Below, one piece after another: positions 52,201 through 64,000 of a stretch of 64,000 bases of DNA. Below the pieces are notes generated by a model. It was not told where the DNA came from. It searched no databases and was given only the letters and a program-made list of their open reading frames with translations. Both the position numbers and the translations under genes were made by a program. This DNA comes from Harriotta raleighana (taxonomy: Eukaryota): positions 6,144,548-6,208,547 of the forward strand of contig JBNZDD010013721.1 in the NCBI GenBank assembly GCA_050575255.1, written 5' to 3'. Every line of letters starts with the position of its first letter. The first letter of the stretch is position 1.

Positions 52201-54483
52201 CCACTCTAAACAATTGCACAGGGAAATTTCTGGGTAGGGAACTTCCGTCTGTCTGGGAATGAGAGAAATTATTTTCTCATTTACCACCACCCATGCTGTC
52301 TGTGCACCTCCGAGTGGAGATACTGAGAGCACAAGCTTAAGACACATTTGTTGTATGGTCTCAATCACAATTAGCATTTGTCCTTAAAAGGAGAGAACAA
52401 ACTTTGATTTGGGCTTCCTTCGAAGCTTGTTGTGAGCTGACCAATGCTTAGCATGTGGGAGATCACATCCTTTCTGCTTGGTCAAATGAGAACTTGTGGT
52501 AAGGTGCATAGCATGGAAAAGAAACTGGAGAAACTAAATATATAATGTATAGTATATATTATAGCTATATATATTCATACAATTGGTGCCACTACTCAAT
52601 TCAAACAGAGGCACTAAATATATTGGTTATTAAGAACTAACAATATCTAAGCCAGGCTTTATTATTCTGGCCAGCTGCTGCAAATGAAATGCAATGCAGA
52701 TGATGGGATGACATGTCTTGCTCAGTCTAACCTCCGGTTTGGCAAGAATGCATCTCACTGGAATTAGTGATTCCGAAATGTCACAAAGGAAGGGCTCCCA
52801 TACATGACACGCTCTGGTAGAACCTGCATGAGTTAGTAATGATGTTGAACTACTTATACCACACACAAAAAAGACACCTTTGCACAATGTCTAGCTTACC
52901 AGTAGCCTAAATCATAAAGGACTCTTGTCATTTGCACTAATAGAAGCATGATTAGTAGATGTGTACTTTTTAAGCTTCATTTAGAAGTGTTCAGCATCAG
53001 TTGGTGATGTAATTCAATGTTTAAATTGAATGGAGCAGATTCCTATCTGACTTTACTGTGGCAGTGATTTATTGAAGATACACAGATGAACATTATCAAT
53101 GATCTATTCAGCCATGATATTGTAGAAGACATTCAGCCCTTTTTTTAGTTGAAGGGAAAACATTTTTTGTCAAATGCCACCTTTTTCTAAAAAAAAGTCA
53201 ATTTTCATAAATGCATTAAATTGTTCTTGACTTTAAGACACTTTTGCTATGCATATTTCCTAACTTGATAAAAAAAGATTTGAAATTATCCTTTCCAGGG
53301 ATTTTTTAAAATCCAGTCTTTGCAAAGTGTGCTGTCAAAAGTGGCAATAAAGTACTCTATTTTCCATATAAAATTATAGGTTTATGCAATAACTAACAGC
53401 CTCTAAACTGCCATCACCTAGGTCAATATCTATCACAACCTCTCTTCAGTTTTATCAATTGTAGACCACAGGTGTGGGGGGGAATAAACATACTCTTTGA
53501 ATGTATCGCATTTGCTGCATATTTCTGGGAAAGTGGAAAAAACATAACTTGATAATTCTTGTTAATATGTTACTTCAGATGACCAAGTCTGCCGTGGCAA
53601 AAAATATTGATGCAGTTATGTTCTCTAAACTGATAAAATTTGTTTAGATGCATAGTGCTGGTTACCTAGTTATCAAGTACAGAACGTTATCGTTAAGATA
53701 TCGTTGGTATCATTAAGAAACCTTTTTCCAGAGCTATGGCGGCTGTATAAATGTATTATTAATTTATTCACACATCACTGACTGATATGTATTATAAACA
53801 CTGCTTTAGAGAAATTTTATATTTTAAAATTGGAAGCAGCCCATGGGAACATATTTTTAAAAAATAAGTATTTATGCTGTTATTAACATTTAATTTGTAA
53901 GAATTACCAACTAGATTAACTGGAAAGTCTATCCGTCACATTGAGAGCCACTTAACATTTTCAATTGGTATTGTTTGCCATCAGCAATGTTTGTCAAAAT
54001 GCATCAGTATGTGGAGACTCAAAAGAATATCAAATCCTGAAATCGAAAATATTCAATACAGCACCAAGAGCATGAACACTAATATGCAGTCATTCAATAT
54101 ATCACGAATGTTGATAGTGTGATTAGTCATTTTAAAGAAAACTACTTTATAATTGTATTGCTTAGGTTTTATTCTTTGTGGATTTGTGTAGCTAGGTAAT
54201 GTCGAGTGTGATAGCAATTTCCTAGTTTGCTGTAAATGCATTTGCAGGCAACTGGATCAACTGTTCATAAGATCTGCGGTTCTCTGTAGCTAGCATTTAA
54301 TTTTGTGCTAACGCCAAACATATTAAACTAAAATAGTTAAGTATTGCTTTGTATTTGCGTGTAATTCATTGTAAAACTTCTGTACTCATTGGTGTTATTT
54401 TGTTTGCTGTTCGCTTTGAATAGTAATCATTTATAACTTGATATCAGACTTTTTTTCTCCTTAGAAATGTTGTCAAAAAATGC

Positions 54484-54494
54484 AATAAAATAAA
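54484..54494 (+). terminator. Candidate distal poly(A) signal for SLC12A5 (two overlapping AATAAA)
   Basis: AATAAAATAAA after a UGUA/U-rich stretch, with a U/GU-rich element downstream. A proximal candidate AATAAA lies at 47009-47014. Confidence 0.45.
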
Positions 54495-54925
54495 CAATTT
54501 TATGAAATATTCTGCTGTTATTTTTCTCCCAGGGAGGGAATATGGGAAAATCACAAGTGTAGGTAAGGAAGGTTAGAGCCTGTAATGATAAAAGGCTAAT
54601 TTAACCTTCCCTTCTTAAAGAGCTCCTACTTATTGCCCCACCACCCACATCTTTTTTTCAACAGCTTCTGTATCTCCTTCCTAGTCCAGTCATCATGGAA
54701 AGCTGTTATTGTAACTTGTAATCCTTATTCTAGAAGTGCTCTCAAAACTGAAGATTTTGCAGGCAGTTACAGCATAAGCTCAAATCACTGTACAGCTCCC
54801 AAGCTTAAGATGCAATGTCTGAATACTGTCATTTCACTTTCTTGTAAACTTCCCACCTGTCCATAATATATAGATATATATGTACATACACACACGACCA
54901 AATGGTGAAAAATGGAAGAGAAACT

Positions 54926-54931
54926 TTTATT
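54926..54931 (-). terminator. Candidate NCOA5 poly(A) signal (AATAAA on -)
   Basis: TTTATT on +; GU-rich GTGTGTGTATGT follows ~35 nt downstream on -; ~770 nt after the NCOA5 stop. Confidence 0.55.
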
Positions 54932-55702
54932 CTTTACAAACCAGATGAGGGTAGGATTCGAACATTGAACTTCCAAGAAATGTACAACTGCCGCCATTTC
55001 ACAACTGCGAATGGTACTGGCTACAAATTAAGCATGTAAAACACTTGCCCACAGCTGCGGAGCATGTACAGAGAACAAGGGAGGGACAGATAATGTAATG
55101 GGGGTGGGGAGGGGGGGGGAGAAGAGAAGGGAACAAAAATTCACGACTCGACAAATAAAAGTCAATGTTACTGAACCGTTACGACAATGGCAAACCTTTC
55201 CAGTGGGGAATCTAGTTTAAGAAAAGTGACGAAAAACAGTAATATATAAAAACTGGTTCACTTTAGTAAAGAGTTCTACACTTTATCGTGGATTTCAGTT
55301 AATTTTTTTTTAGAAATATCCATTTAAAAACACTGGATGTAAGTCTGCAATTTCATGCTTTAATACACAGAATCATCTGGTTAACATATCAAGATTTTTT
55401 GTTTAAAAAAAGCTTAACAGGTCAACATAAACCAAGTGACTGCAATTAAGGCCTTGCTCACAAACAAATGCAGGCTGTCTATGTACAAAATTGAGTGTTG
55501 TATAAAAAGGTAAATTACTTGGTCATATTTTTAAAAACATTTTATCTGACCTCTTTTACATACAATTGACAAAACACAACAATCAATGTGGTTCAATAAT
55601 CCACACTTTCCAAAAACCTGCATTTGTTTAAGATACCCAAGTGGCCTTAAAGGGGTTTAGCGAGTGCCTACAGCTCGTACATCCATGGCATATTTTCCCA
55701 GC

Positions 55703-56358
55703 TCAATAATGACGCTGGTAAGCAGCCATAGGAGGTTGGTTCATGGGCTGCCCAGGACGTGGTAACTGGGTAGAAGCTTGGTTCACCAAGTGGGATAGAG
55801 ATGGTCCACTCTGAATTAGGGTATCCAGTGCTTTCTGCACACTGGGGTTATCAAAGTTTATACCCGTTGCTACACCAGATCTCTGGCCTTGTGACAAAAC
55901 ACTTGGCTGAGTGGGGTTTGGCCCTCGAGGTGGTTGCTGGGAATAAAGGACTTGGGTTTGAGGAAGTGGAGAGCGAATAGTATTTGCTCTTGGTGCAACT
56001 ACTGGACCCATTAATGGTGGAAGCTGTGAATTAGGCCCTGCAACTCGCTGCTGTGGTTGAGATAGATAAGAGTTATTGAGGGGAATCTGGGGAATTCTTT
56101 GAGGCTGGGTATTGAGTGCACCGCCATAGGCCTGGATTGGAGCTCCTACAGCATTCGTATTTGAGCCAGATGCTCCACTGTTAAAGAGACTCAGTATCTT
56201 GGCTTGTAGCTCCTGCTGTTGCGCTGCTTGTGTATCCTGTGGTCCGCCCTTCAGAGGCTGATTAGTCGGCAGTGACTGCTGGGCACGAGCATCGAGTGGA
56301 TTCAATCCTGTTGGACCCATAGGTGGCCTTGGTAACGGTGCTGGGTTATGAACAGGCC
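55703..56358 (-). CDS. NCOA5: NCOA5 last exon, coding part (656 bp)
   Basis: ORF 55703-56365; QQELQAKILSLFNSG and GINFDNPSVQKALDTLIQSGP..YQRHY*; acceptor ttttgacag. Confidence 0.95.
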
Positions 56359-56364
56359 CTGTCA

Positions 56365-56675
56365 AAATAATAATAATAATCTAAATAATACTTCCATTTG
56401 ATACAGCACCTTATTACACCTTCTAGATGTCTCAAAGCGCTTCACAGAATATACTGTAAAGTGAATTGACTGCACATATGTGGGTGAAACACAGCAGCAC
56501 ACACTAGTGTCCCAGAAACACTTGTGGAAACGACCATTTATTATTGTTTTTTGAGGTATTATTATCAGGCTTACGGTGTAAGGAAACTTCCCCAAGGTTT
56601 CGCCCTGCCTGGAATCAAACCCAGGTCTCTTGCACGTGAGGTGAATGCTCTAACCACTAATCTACAGGACTCCAC
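56365..56675 (-). mobile_element. Family A SINE, full length, sense to NCOA5, tail abutting the last-exon acceptor
   Basis: Head GTGGAGTCCTGTAG.. at 56675; the (ATT)n tail runs straight into TTTGACAG. Confidence 0.88.
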
Positions 56676-57361
56676 AAAATGGAACAACAGTATTAAAGTT
56701 TAAAAACATCTATATAAAATTGTAAACTTAGCATTTCTTTTAACGTACTGAATGAATTCCCAAGTTATGTAAAGCTGAGTATAATTGCCAAAGCTGCTCT
56801 GACTCTATGATTGCATTTCGTACCTAGCATTCTACTTTTAGTGATCCATCAGTACCAGTCACCACCACATTCCTTCGTTCCTTCACTGCATTGAGTTTGA
56901 CCCGTCAGACAATCATTTTATTATTTATAGTATGCATTAAATTACTGCCAACTTCTGTTTTGAGTTACTTCTCAAAGGAACAAATAGTTGACCTGCAAGT
57001 ACTCAAGGTGATCCTTTCTAGTGGCAAGTTAGGCACAGAGTACACCAACATTTTATTCTGTGAAACAGCAGAAACAACCGACATACAGATCTAAAAAATC
57101 TTTCAGGTATTTTGCAAACCTGACTACTATTCCCACTTACATCACCACTCATGTAAAGCACAGCATTGACTGCTCATTCAAATATAAAACAGTTGCATTC
57201 ATTAATTACCCCCGAACAGCTGTTGCAACACCTGGAGCAAGTAAATAACTCAGCATGTAATACTGGAGTGTATTATGTTTTGTGTTCTTATCCACATTTA
57301 CTGACAACTAGAAGTATCTAGGAATCTATATACACACAATCTTTAAGTCATGAAAAGTTAC

Positions 57362-57682
57362 CATGCATAGAGTCTCCGCCACGGATGAATCTCTCTTTCT
57401 TATCTCTCAGGTATTCGATGATCTTATCCATCTCCTCTACAGAAAGGTACCGTCCATCAGCAAGCAAGTTCAATAATGGTTGGAGACTAGGTGGGTTTCC
57501 TCTATCTTCCATGGTACTTTGTGCCTGGTGTGGCTCCCGTTCACGCATAATCACATCATCTGCCATTTTAGATGCTTTCCTTGCAATTTCTTCACGTTCC
57601 TTCTCGCGCGTTTCATTCCTGTACCGTTCAAAGTTTCGGGCAACCAACATCATGGCATCAGCCATTGGCATGTTACGATGCT
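57362..57682 (-). CDS. NCOA5: NCOA5 exon (321 bp): EHRNMPMADAMMLVARNFERYRNE..LQPLLNLLADGRYLS..GDSMH, with LxxLL (LLNLL)
   Basis: ctatccag acceptor, gtaact donor; ORF 57348-57701. Confidence 0.95.
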
Positions 57683-58213
57683 CTGGATAGTAAAAATGCA
57701 AAATCAGATGATCAAAGTTCTAAAAAAAAATCTGATTGGAAAAAAAAAATCAGGAATTACAAACTAACTGCTTCTTTCCGTTCAAAAATAGAAAGCGCTT
57801 GGATTCTTCATAGCACTTCTTGTGATCCAATATGACGGCTAAATGATTGAGGAATTGGGAGTGGGCAGTTCAGCAGATTCTGAATCCTCCCCAAAATAAT
57901 CTAAACTGACATTTCCCCCATCTTTTAGCCGCAGAAAACAAACAATATGAAAAGAAAAAGATCACTAGATTAGTGCAGCTAATTTCAGTTAATTTCAGAA
58001 AGATGCAGTTGAAAAGAGATATTGAAGGGTATTATTGGTTAGATTATATGGCAACGGTAAGAGGTCAAGAAAAATAATCAATCATTCACCAACTCAGAAA
58101 TTCATAAATAAAGCTTGGTCAACTTATTAAAAAAAAACTAATTATTTTTCATTGGAATTGCAAGAATAAAATCCAAAGTACGACATCTTAAAGCATCTTA
58201 AAACATAATTTAC

Positions 58214-58413
58214 CCTGTGGTGTTCCAAACAGGATATTAACAGTACATGATCTGTGGATTTCATGCTGTTGAGTGATAACTATAGCAAATGCTGTTCCTC
58301 CTCTGCTGACATCTTCAAGGGCTTGAGTAAGTGACACCTCTGTATTCAGGAATATCAGATCCACCACCATTCCCAGGTCACGGACCTTTCTCCCAACAGA
58401 TTCAGCATAATCC
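58214..58413 (-). CDS. NCOA5: NCOA5 exon (200 bp): DYAESVGRKVRDLGMVVDLIFLNTEVSLTQALEDV..SCTVNILFGTPQ
   Basis: tgattag acceptor, gtaaat donor; ORF 58188-58421. Confidence 0.95.
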
Positions 58414-58939
58414 CTAATCAAAAAGTGGAGGGGGTGGGGGGTGGAAAGGTTAACATCTTATATTACAATGGACTTTTCAATCAAACTAAAAGAAAGAAAC
58501 AAACATAAACCAGAAGAACAGCTCTTCTAAAAATGGCCAAGAATTGCTCAAATCTCCTCTCTATATTGTTAATAATATTCGTAAATAGGAGAAAGGCCAT
58601 GACATAGTCGATGTTCTAGAAACAAACTGTCCGCTGCTTACCCAAAGTAACACTGTAGTATTTTTGGAATCCCAAACCAAGTAGATTTTTAACTGTTTTA
58701 AAGCTGGAGTGAAAATCTGTAAATTACAGCCATGAATTTGACAGCTTCTGCCCAATAAACATACCTACTAGTCCAGATCCAAAAATAAATGGAGGTACCA
58801 AAGTACCACAAGTTCAATCCAATGTTTTAAAATTCTAGTAAAATCACATTGTGCTCATCATCCTGCTTTTAAATTTCACACCACCTGTTACCCTAACAGG
58901 ATTATTCAATTGGTTAAAAATACGGGCAAATATGTTTGC

Positions 58940-59420
58940 ACAAACTACTTATATAGCGTCTTTCAAACCCAAAGCCACTGGAGTGAGTTTGCACCCAAGC
59001 GGGGAGCCAAGGGGGTTGGGTGGTGGAGGAAAAGAAGAAAGAAGACCCAGTCAATGAGGAAGGTGTTGAGATGGACTTTGAGACACGCAAGACAAGGGAC
59101 GAGCCAGAGGGACTACGGGATGGATATGAAGCAGGTTAGTGACTGCCAATAGGAGGAGTAGGTGGGGTCTTCGATGGTCACAGAAGTAGGGTGAGGCAAC
59201 AACAACTTGCACTTTTATAGCACCCTCCTCGCAGTGGCATATCTTAAGAATGCTTAAGCTATGAGGGCAAGACCATGGAGGGATTTAAAAGTGAGGCCTA
59301 GGATTGTGAACTCAATCCTCTGGGGGATGAGGAGCTTGTAGAACCAAGCGAGGATGGGGATGATAAGCTTGTGAAGCATAGTGGAGGGGAGACCATGAGC
59401 TACAGAGTTGATGAGGCTGA
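58940..59420 (-). mobile_element. Degenerate L2 LINE 3' fragment(s)
   Basis: Tail AAACTACTTATATAGCGTCTTTCA and purine-rich body with GCAAGACCATGGAGGGATTTAAAAGTGAGG..ATTGTGAACTCAAT, typical of antisense L2. Confidence 0.6.
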
Positions 59421-59477
59421 AAGTTGATAAAGAACCAAAACTTGATAAAGAACCAAAACTTGGAATATACTACTCAC

Positions 59478-59601
59478 TTTTGCTGCTTGTTGACCACAAT
59501 AACTGAACAATCCACAGGTCTTTCTGCATCAAAGCGTCTCTGGATTTCATCAAAGTACTGTCGATACAATTCTTCTCTTCGACGTTCTCTTCTCATAGGA
59601 T
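59478..59601 (-). CDS. NCOA5: NCOA5 exon (124 bp): DPMRRERRREELYRQYFDEIQRRFDAERPVDCSVIVVNKQQK
   Basis: ctactgcag acceptor, gtgagt donor. Confidence 0.94.
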
Positions 59602-59752
59602 CTGCAGTAGAAATATCAAAACTACATTTTACACAACAAATTTGATTAAATCAAATTTATAGTTTAAATTCTCCATCTCAATCCATTACATAATTTGCTA
59701 ATATTTTTAGAAATGTGGTAAAATTAATAACCCATATTGCTGCTGGATTTAC

Positions 59753-59871
59753 CATCAACCTCCCGAGGTCCCCTGGAATCCCAAGGCTCCCTGAATCTAT
59801 CCATGTACGGTTCTTCTTTCCTCCGCATAACATCATCATAGCGATAATATCTATCATAGACTTCTTCTCGC
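59753..59871 (-). CDS. NCOA5: NCOA5 exon (119 bp): REEVYDRYYRYDDVMRRKEEPYMDRFREPWDSRGPREVD
   Basis: ttcttccag acceptor, gtaaat donor; ORF 59724-59918. Confidence 0.92.
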
Positions 59872-60129
59872 CTGGAAGAAGGGAAATATAAGGTCATGAA
59901 ATGTATCATGTAAGACACGGGAACAGCAAAAGCCTGATATTACTGTACAAATGTGGTGTGCTTTGCATAGACAATCCATATTAAAGGTCTGAGCAATTCT
60001 AAATTGACATCTGTAACTATCATGTGCCATTACCTAATGCATAGTAACTATAGTTTACTAAGAATTTTTCCAGGCAGTCATAGGGTGGGGATGCTGTTCA
60101 ATAAAAGGGGATTTAAAACAAATAAGATT

Positions 60130-60540
60130 TCTAAAAACAGACTAATTATTTAGGACACAGTTGGGAGCATTTTGTTCATTTTTGAGCACTGCATAATAGG
60201 AAGGATGTCAAAGCTGTCCAGGATACAGAAGATTCACTTGAATGACATAAATTTCTACTGGCAATCAATAGCAATGATTCGGTAACTTGAGGGTATTGTT
60301 TTAAAGGTCATTATCAGAAGAGAAATGGGAAAGATTGTTTATTAAAACAGGGGAATATTACAATGTGGAATACCCTCGCTATATAACAGTGGCTCACTTT
60401 TAAGAGAAGTTAGATAAATACCTGAGAATGACAAATACAAAAAGGGTTTAGAGAAAGATTAGAACTAAATAAATAGTTATTTCAGAGGTGCAGCAAAGGA
60501 ATGATGAGTTGAATATCCAATGTTGCATTTGTCTTTGGCT
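60130..60540 (+). mobile_element. Degenerate CR1 LINE 3' fragment
   Basis: AGTTGGGAGCAT..GTTCATTTTTG..AGGAAGGATGTC..AGATTCAC..; ATGTGGAATACCCT; TTTAAGAGAAGTTAGATAAATA. Confidence 0.55.
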
Positions 60541-61111
60541 CTAAAGGCTTGGGGAAATCATTAATTCTCTTGACATAAGGAAAACAAACAGCTGCAACTG
60601 GTTACTTTGCAATGGTTGAACTCAGGACACTGGATTTAATCTTAACTCTCTAATTGAAAGATGGTGTTCCAGAAGATTAAGAGCAAAGGGGCTTCCTTAT
60701 CCAAATCTGTGACCAAAAACGAGGCACAACATCAAGTACAAATCTTAAAGCCAGGCTCCATCTTGGATCATTCGCAAGAGGGTCCCAATTTATTTATTTA
60801 ATCTGGAGGGGGGGGGCGGTTGGGGAATGGGAAGCACCTGCTTTACCTAATTACGTAAAATCTGAGGTGGAGGTTGGCAAGAGCCAAGGCATAATATTTG
60901 TTGAGCAGGACCTGGGAATTTTCTGTAAACATTACAAAGTTAAATTAACAATAACTAGACATTAATTACTTTAGACAGAAACGCACAATTTATTTTGTTG
61001 AAAATTGTCTTTAAGTGGGTAAAAATTTGGATTGGAATAATAATTATTAATAATCATTACTATTATTAGAAATGCATGGTACTTAATAGTGAACAAAATT
61101 AGCAATATTAC

Positions 61112-61252
61112 CTGTAAACTTGTTCTCTGGGATCTCTGACATCCCTGTACCGGTCATATACAGAGTCTCGTGCATCACGTTCGTCTCTAGGGGGCCTGAG
61201 TGGGGAACGTTCTCGCCTTACATCACGTTCATCACCAAAACCAAATGGATCT
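61112..61252 (-). CDS. NCOA5: NCOA5 RD-rich exon (141 bp): DPFGFGDERDVRRERSPLRPPRDERDARDSVYDRYRDVRDPREQVYR
   Basis: tttgctag acceptor, gtaata donor; resembles the human RDPYGFGD..RSP..YDRYRD exon. Not in the ORF track. Confidence 0.9.
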
Positions 61253-64000
61253 CTAGCAAAAGTAAATGAAGCACCCCAGACAGATCGTCAAACAAAGTAG
61301 GAAGGGGACCCAACAAAGTTAAATGCAAACAAGATGATAAGAACATGGCAATTGAAATCAACAGGTTATGACTTGAGCAGCTAGAACCTCACCAAACCTG
61401 CCCAAAATGCAATTGCTTTACGTGTGTTTAAATTTGTAAATGTTCAAATTTATAGGCTATGTACTTGATACAACATAACATATGTTTATGTACTGGAAAT
61501 CTAACAATTTCAGATGAATACAACTTTGTAATTTGATGTTTTCAAGGGCATACATATCAAAACTAGGACAATAGTTAGCATTGTCATAGAGTAAATTATG
61601 TAACTTTGCTAAACTGAGCATGTAGAGAATTTAATAACCAATTCAAGACTGAATGGTAAGCTAAAGAAAGTTTATCCTCGGCATGAAATTTTTTGAACAT
61701 ATCACGAGGCATAATTCAGATTTTAATCAAGAGAGTAGTTTCCAGTACAAAAGTCTAACTCATCAACTGTGTTAGTCTGTGATGTTGCCCCTTCGAAACA
61801 TGGTAGAAACCATCATATGGTGCCACATGGCAATTCTCACGAAATCAAAACAGTTGACCTTATTATTTTCCCCCATTACTGATAGTTGTCAGAAGCTAAT
61901 TTCAATGGTTAAATTCAGCGCCTTATACTCTCCCCTCATATCAGTTTTGGACTATTGCTTTGAGCAATGATTTGTACTTCATAATACTGTACGACACAAG
62001 AGCAGTAGGCTGGGTAGGGGAAGGAGAAGAACCTGTAGAATTGGAGATTTTCACAAAAATTCTGGGTTCCACAGAAAGCATTTGCTTCAGTTTTTATTAC
62101 AATTTCTTACAGTAATTGTATAAGGTGCATCTTATACAACAAGCTTCACAGTTTTTGGTTCAGATCGTTTGCAAAACTGGAAATGTAACACTGGCAAAGT
62201 AGATAAGAACGCAAATAAATTTATCAAAACTTCCAGCAAGAACCGAATGCTTTCCAGTATGTAATTTATCAGTGGAGTTACAAAAAGAACCGCCAATCTT
62301 TCAAAGGTTTAGGAAATGCCTTGCAGTTTATGCTCACTATAGACATATTCAGGAGTTACTAAAACCAGAAGCACGATTCTCTCGCTCAACTTGCCAAACT
62401 GTTATCAGAATGAATGCAGAAAGTTGGAAGTAGTCTCTCATAACTTTGAAATGGAAAAGGTTACGCTGCGACACGCTGACATCTTTTTGCTTGATTCCTT
62501 TACGTTGCACCAAAAATCATTTCCGTAACATCATTGATTCCTCATTACTGAGCTTAAATTGTCTTGCAGACAATGAAAATCCAAACTTCCACATACTATA
62601 TGAAGCGAAGCATGTTCATGCTAGTTGTCTACATTTACTCTCAGAGTGATCACTGCTCTATAAATTGTAGTTAACGTGCTGAGGAACCAAGGGATAGAAA
62701 GCATTGCAAATTGGAGAAATAAGAATAACGTTGCATGAAAATGGAAATTGAACAGGTCAGCGTTAGTAAAAGAAGGGAAAGTAGATGAATTTCCCCAACT
62801 ATGTGATCATAAGAAAGCTGGTAAGTTACTGGAATTCACCATTAGATGTTTTGAAACAATGGTTTGAAATAATTTTAACAACACATTCGCTTTTTGAAGT
62901 CCTAAGCGGATTTCAAGTAATAATGTAATAACCAAGTAATAATGGTTTGTTCAACAGAGCACTAAGAATGTTGAACACACCTCACAGCTACTAATCACTC
63001 AATTTTAATCATTTTGATTCTTCCGGTTTCTTATTTATTAGATTAGATGCTGTAGCAAGGCACAAAGGCAGGATAATGTCATCCAAACACAAGTTGATGT
63101 TATAATTCTGAACTCGCAGAGAGAAAAAGAAAATGTGTTTCCCACTCGTGCAGTAAAATAAACTTGGTCCTTCAAGATGATATACAGTATTTGACTGCAT
63201 CTTCCATTCTTTCAATCTTTGGCTGGATACTTCAATTGCTCATCATGACGTTTAGCAATACAGTACAGTATTAGACCCATCCTTTGTTTTTCAGCATTTA
63301 AGGTTCACACCTTTAGCTACCCAAGGTTTATGCATAAACCTAAGTGAACTGGATTGAATGCAAAACTGATCGACTGAAGATTGTGCAATTGCAGTATACC
63401 TAGATACAGTATCTGCAATTTGGCAAAGTGAATAGAGACAATGCAGGTGCCAGCTGTTAATGAAACCAATGTGACTTCAACTTCAACTATCCTCCAAATG
63501 CTTCACAGTGAATGGAGCAGTCGACAAAGAAAACTACAAATCATCAGCTACAAACTGATACTGATGTGCAGCTGAAAACTTCCAAGTTTCTTGCACTTTG
63601 CAAGCAAAGCAGGGGAATGTGAAGGATTGCGCAAATGAGGAACCATGGCACATGGTTAACTTTCCAGAGAACATTTAGAAATTCAACTTAAGTTGCAGTT
63701 CACGTTTGAATATGCAACAGTTTTTATTAAATTTGCAAGAATAGAAACTAGTTTACATTGTTGACATATATAAAAGATATCAATGCTACAATTACATTTC
63801 ATCTTGATAAGATGTAGTACCAAAGAACAAAAAGAGTGGACCAGAAAGACCCATGTTTTAAAATTAAAACTCGCACTAAGTGTACATCTAAATTCAATAC
63901 ATAAGTTTATTTGATATGTTTATTAGTAGGCAAGCACGCCAAAAATGAATAATTTATTCTAAAGGCTCAAAGTAGAAAATATATTTGACAATTTCCCTGT

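Larger units (their letters stand above)
55703..61252 (-). other. NCOA5: NCOA5 (nuclear receptor coactivator 5) gene body, six coding exons; start exon not identified
   Basis: Six exons with consistent phases total 1561 nt; RD-rich N-terminal region, conserved ERPVDCSVIVVNKQ..DYAESVGRKVRDLGMVVDLIFL domain, LxxLL, and C-terminal INFDNPSVQKALDTLIQSG. Confidence 0.95.

Noticed and set aside
61253-64000. NCOA5 start-codon exon
   Set aside because: No convincing short ATG exon with a phase-2 donor was found by eye; it is probably beyond the window end.

Overview
Eukaryotic (vertebrate) genomic DNA, AT-rich and dense in SINEs and LINEs. The repeat content (tRNA-headed DeuSINE-type SINEs with (TAT)n tails, SacSINE1-like older copies, L2 and CR1 3' fragments) suggests a cartilaginous fish, possibly a chimaera; that assignment is inference. 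The window holds two convergent genes. On the + strand are 21 coding exons of the neuronal K-Cl cotransporter KCC2 (SLC12A5), exons 6-26 by human numbering (5156-43469). They splice into one open frame and include the KCC2-specific exon 22 and 15-nt microexon 24, with two U12-type GT-AG introns. On the - strand are six coding exons of NCOA5 (61252-55703), the usual tail-to-tail neighbour of SLC12A5. The 5' exons of both genes were not found in the window. A 1.6-kb tandem duplication around a single N (44658) is most likely an assembly artefact. Main points of interest: (1) His at the position of the human epilepsy-associated variant R952H; (2) sense-oriented SINE tails repeatedly abutting 3' splice sites; (3) a tail-to-tail SINE hairpin; (4) a TA-flanked MITE with an internal palindrome and a 24-bp match to nearby intron sequence; (5) a ~10-kb SINE-poor candidate 3' UTR. 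I found no evidence of a wholly new gene system; most short ORFs in the track are spurious or repeat-derived.
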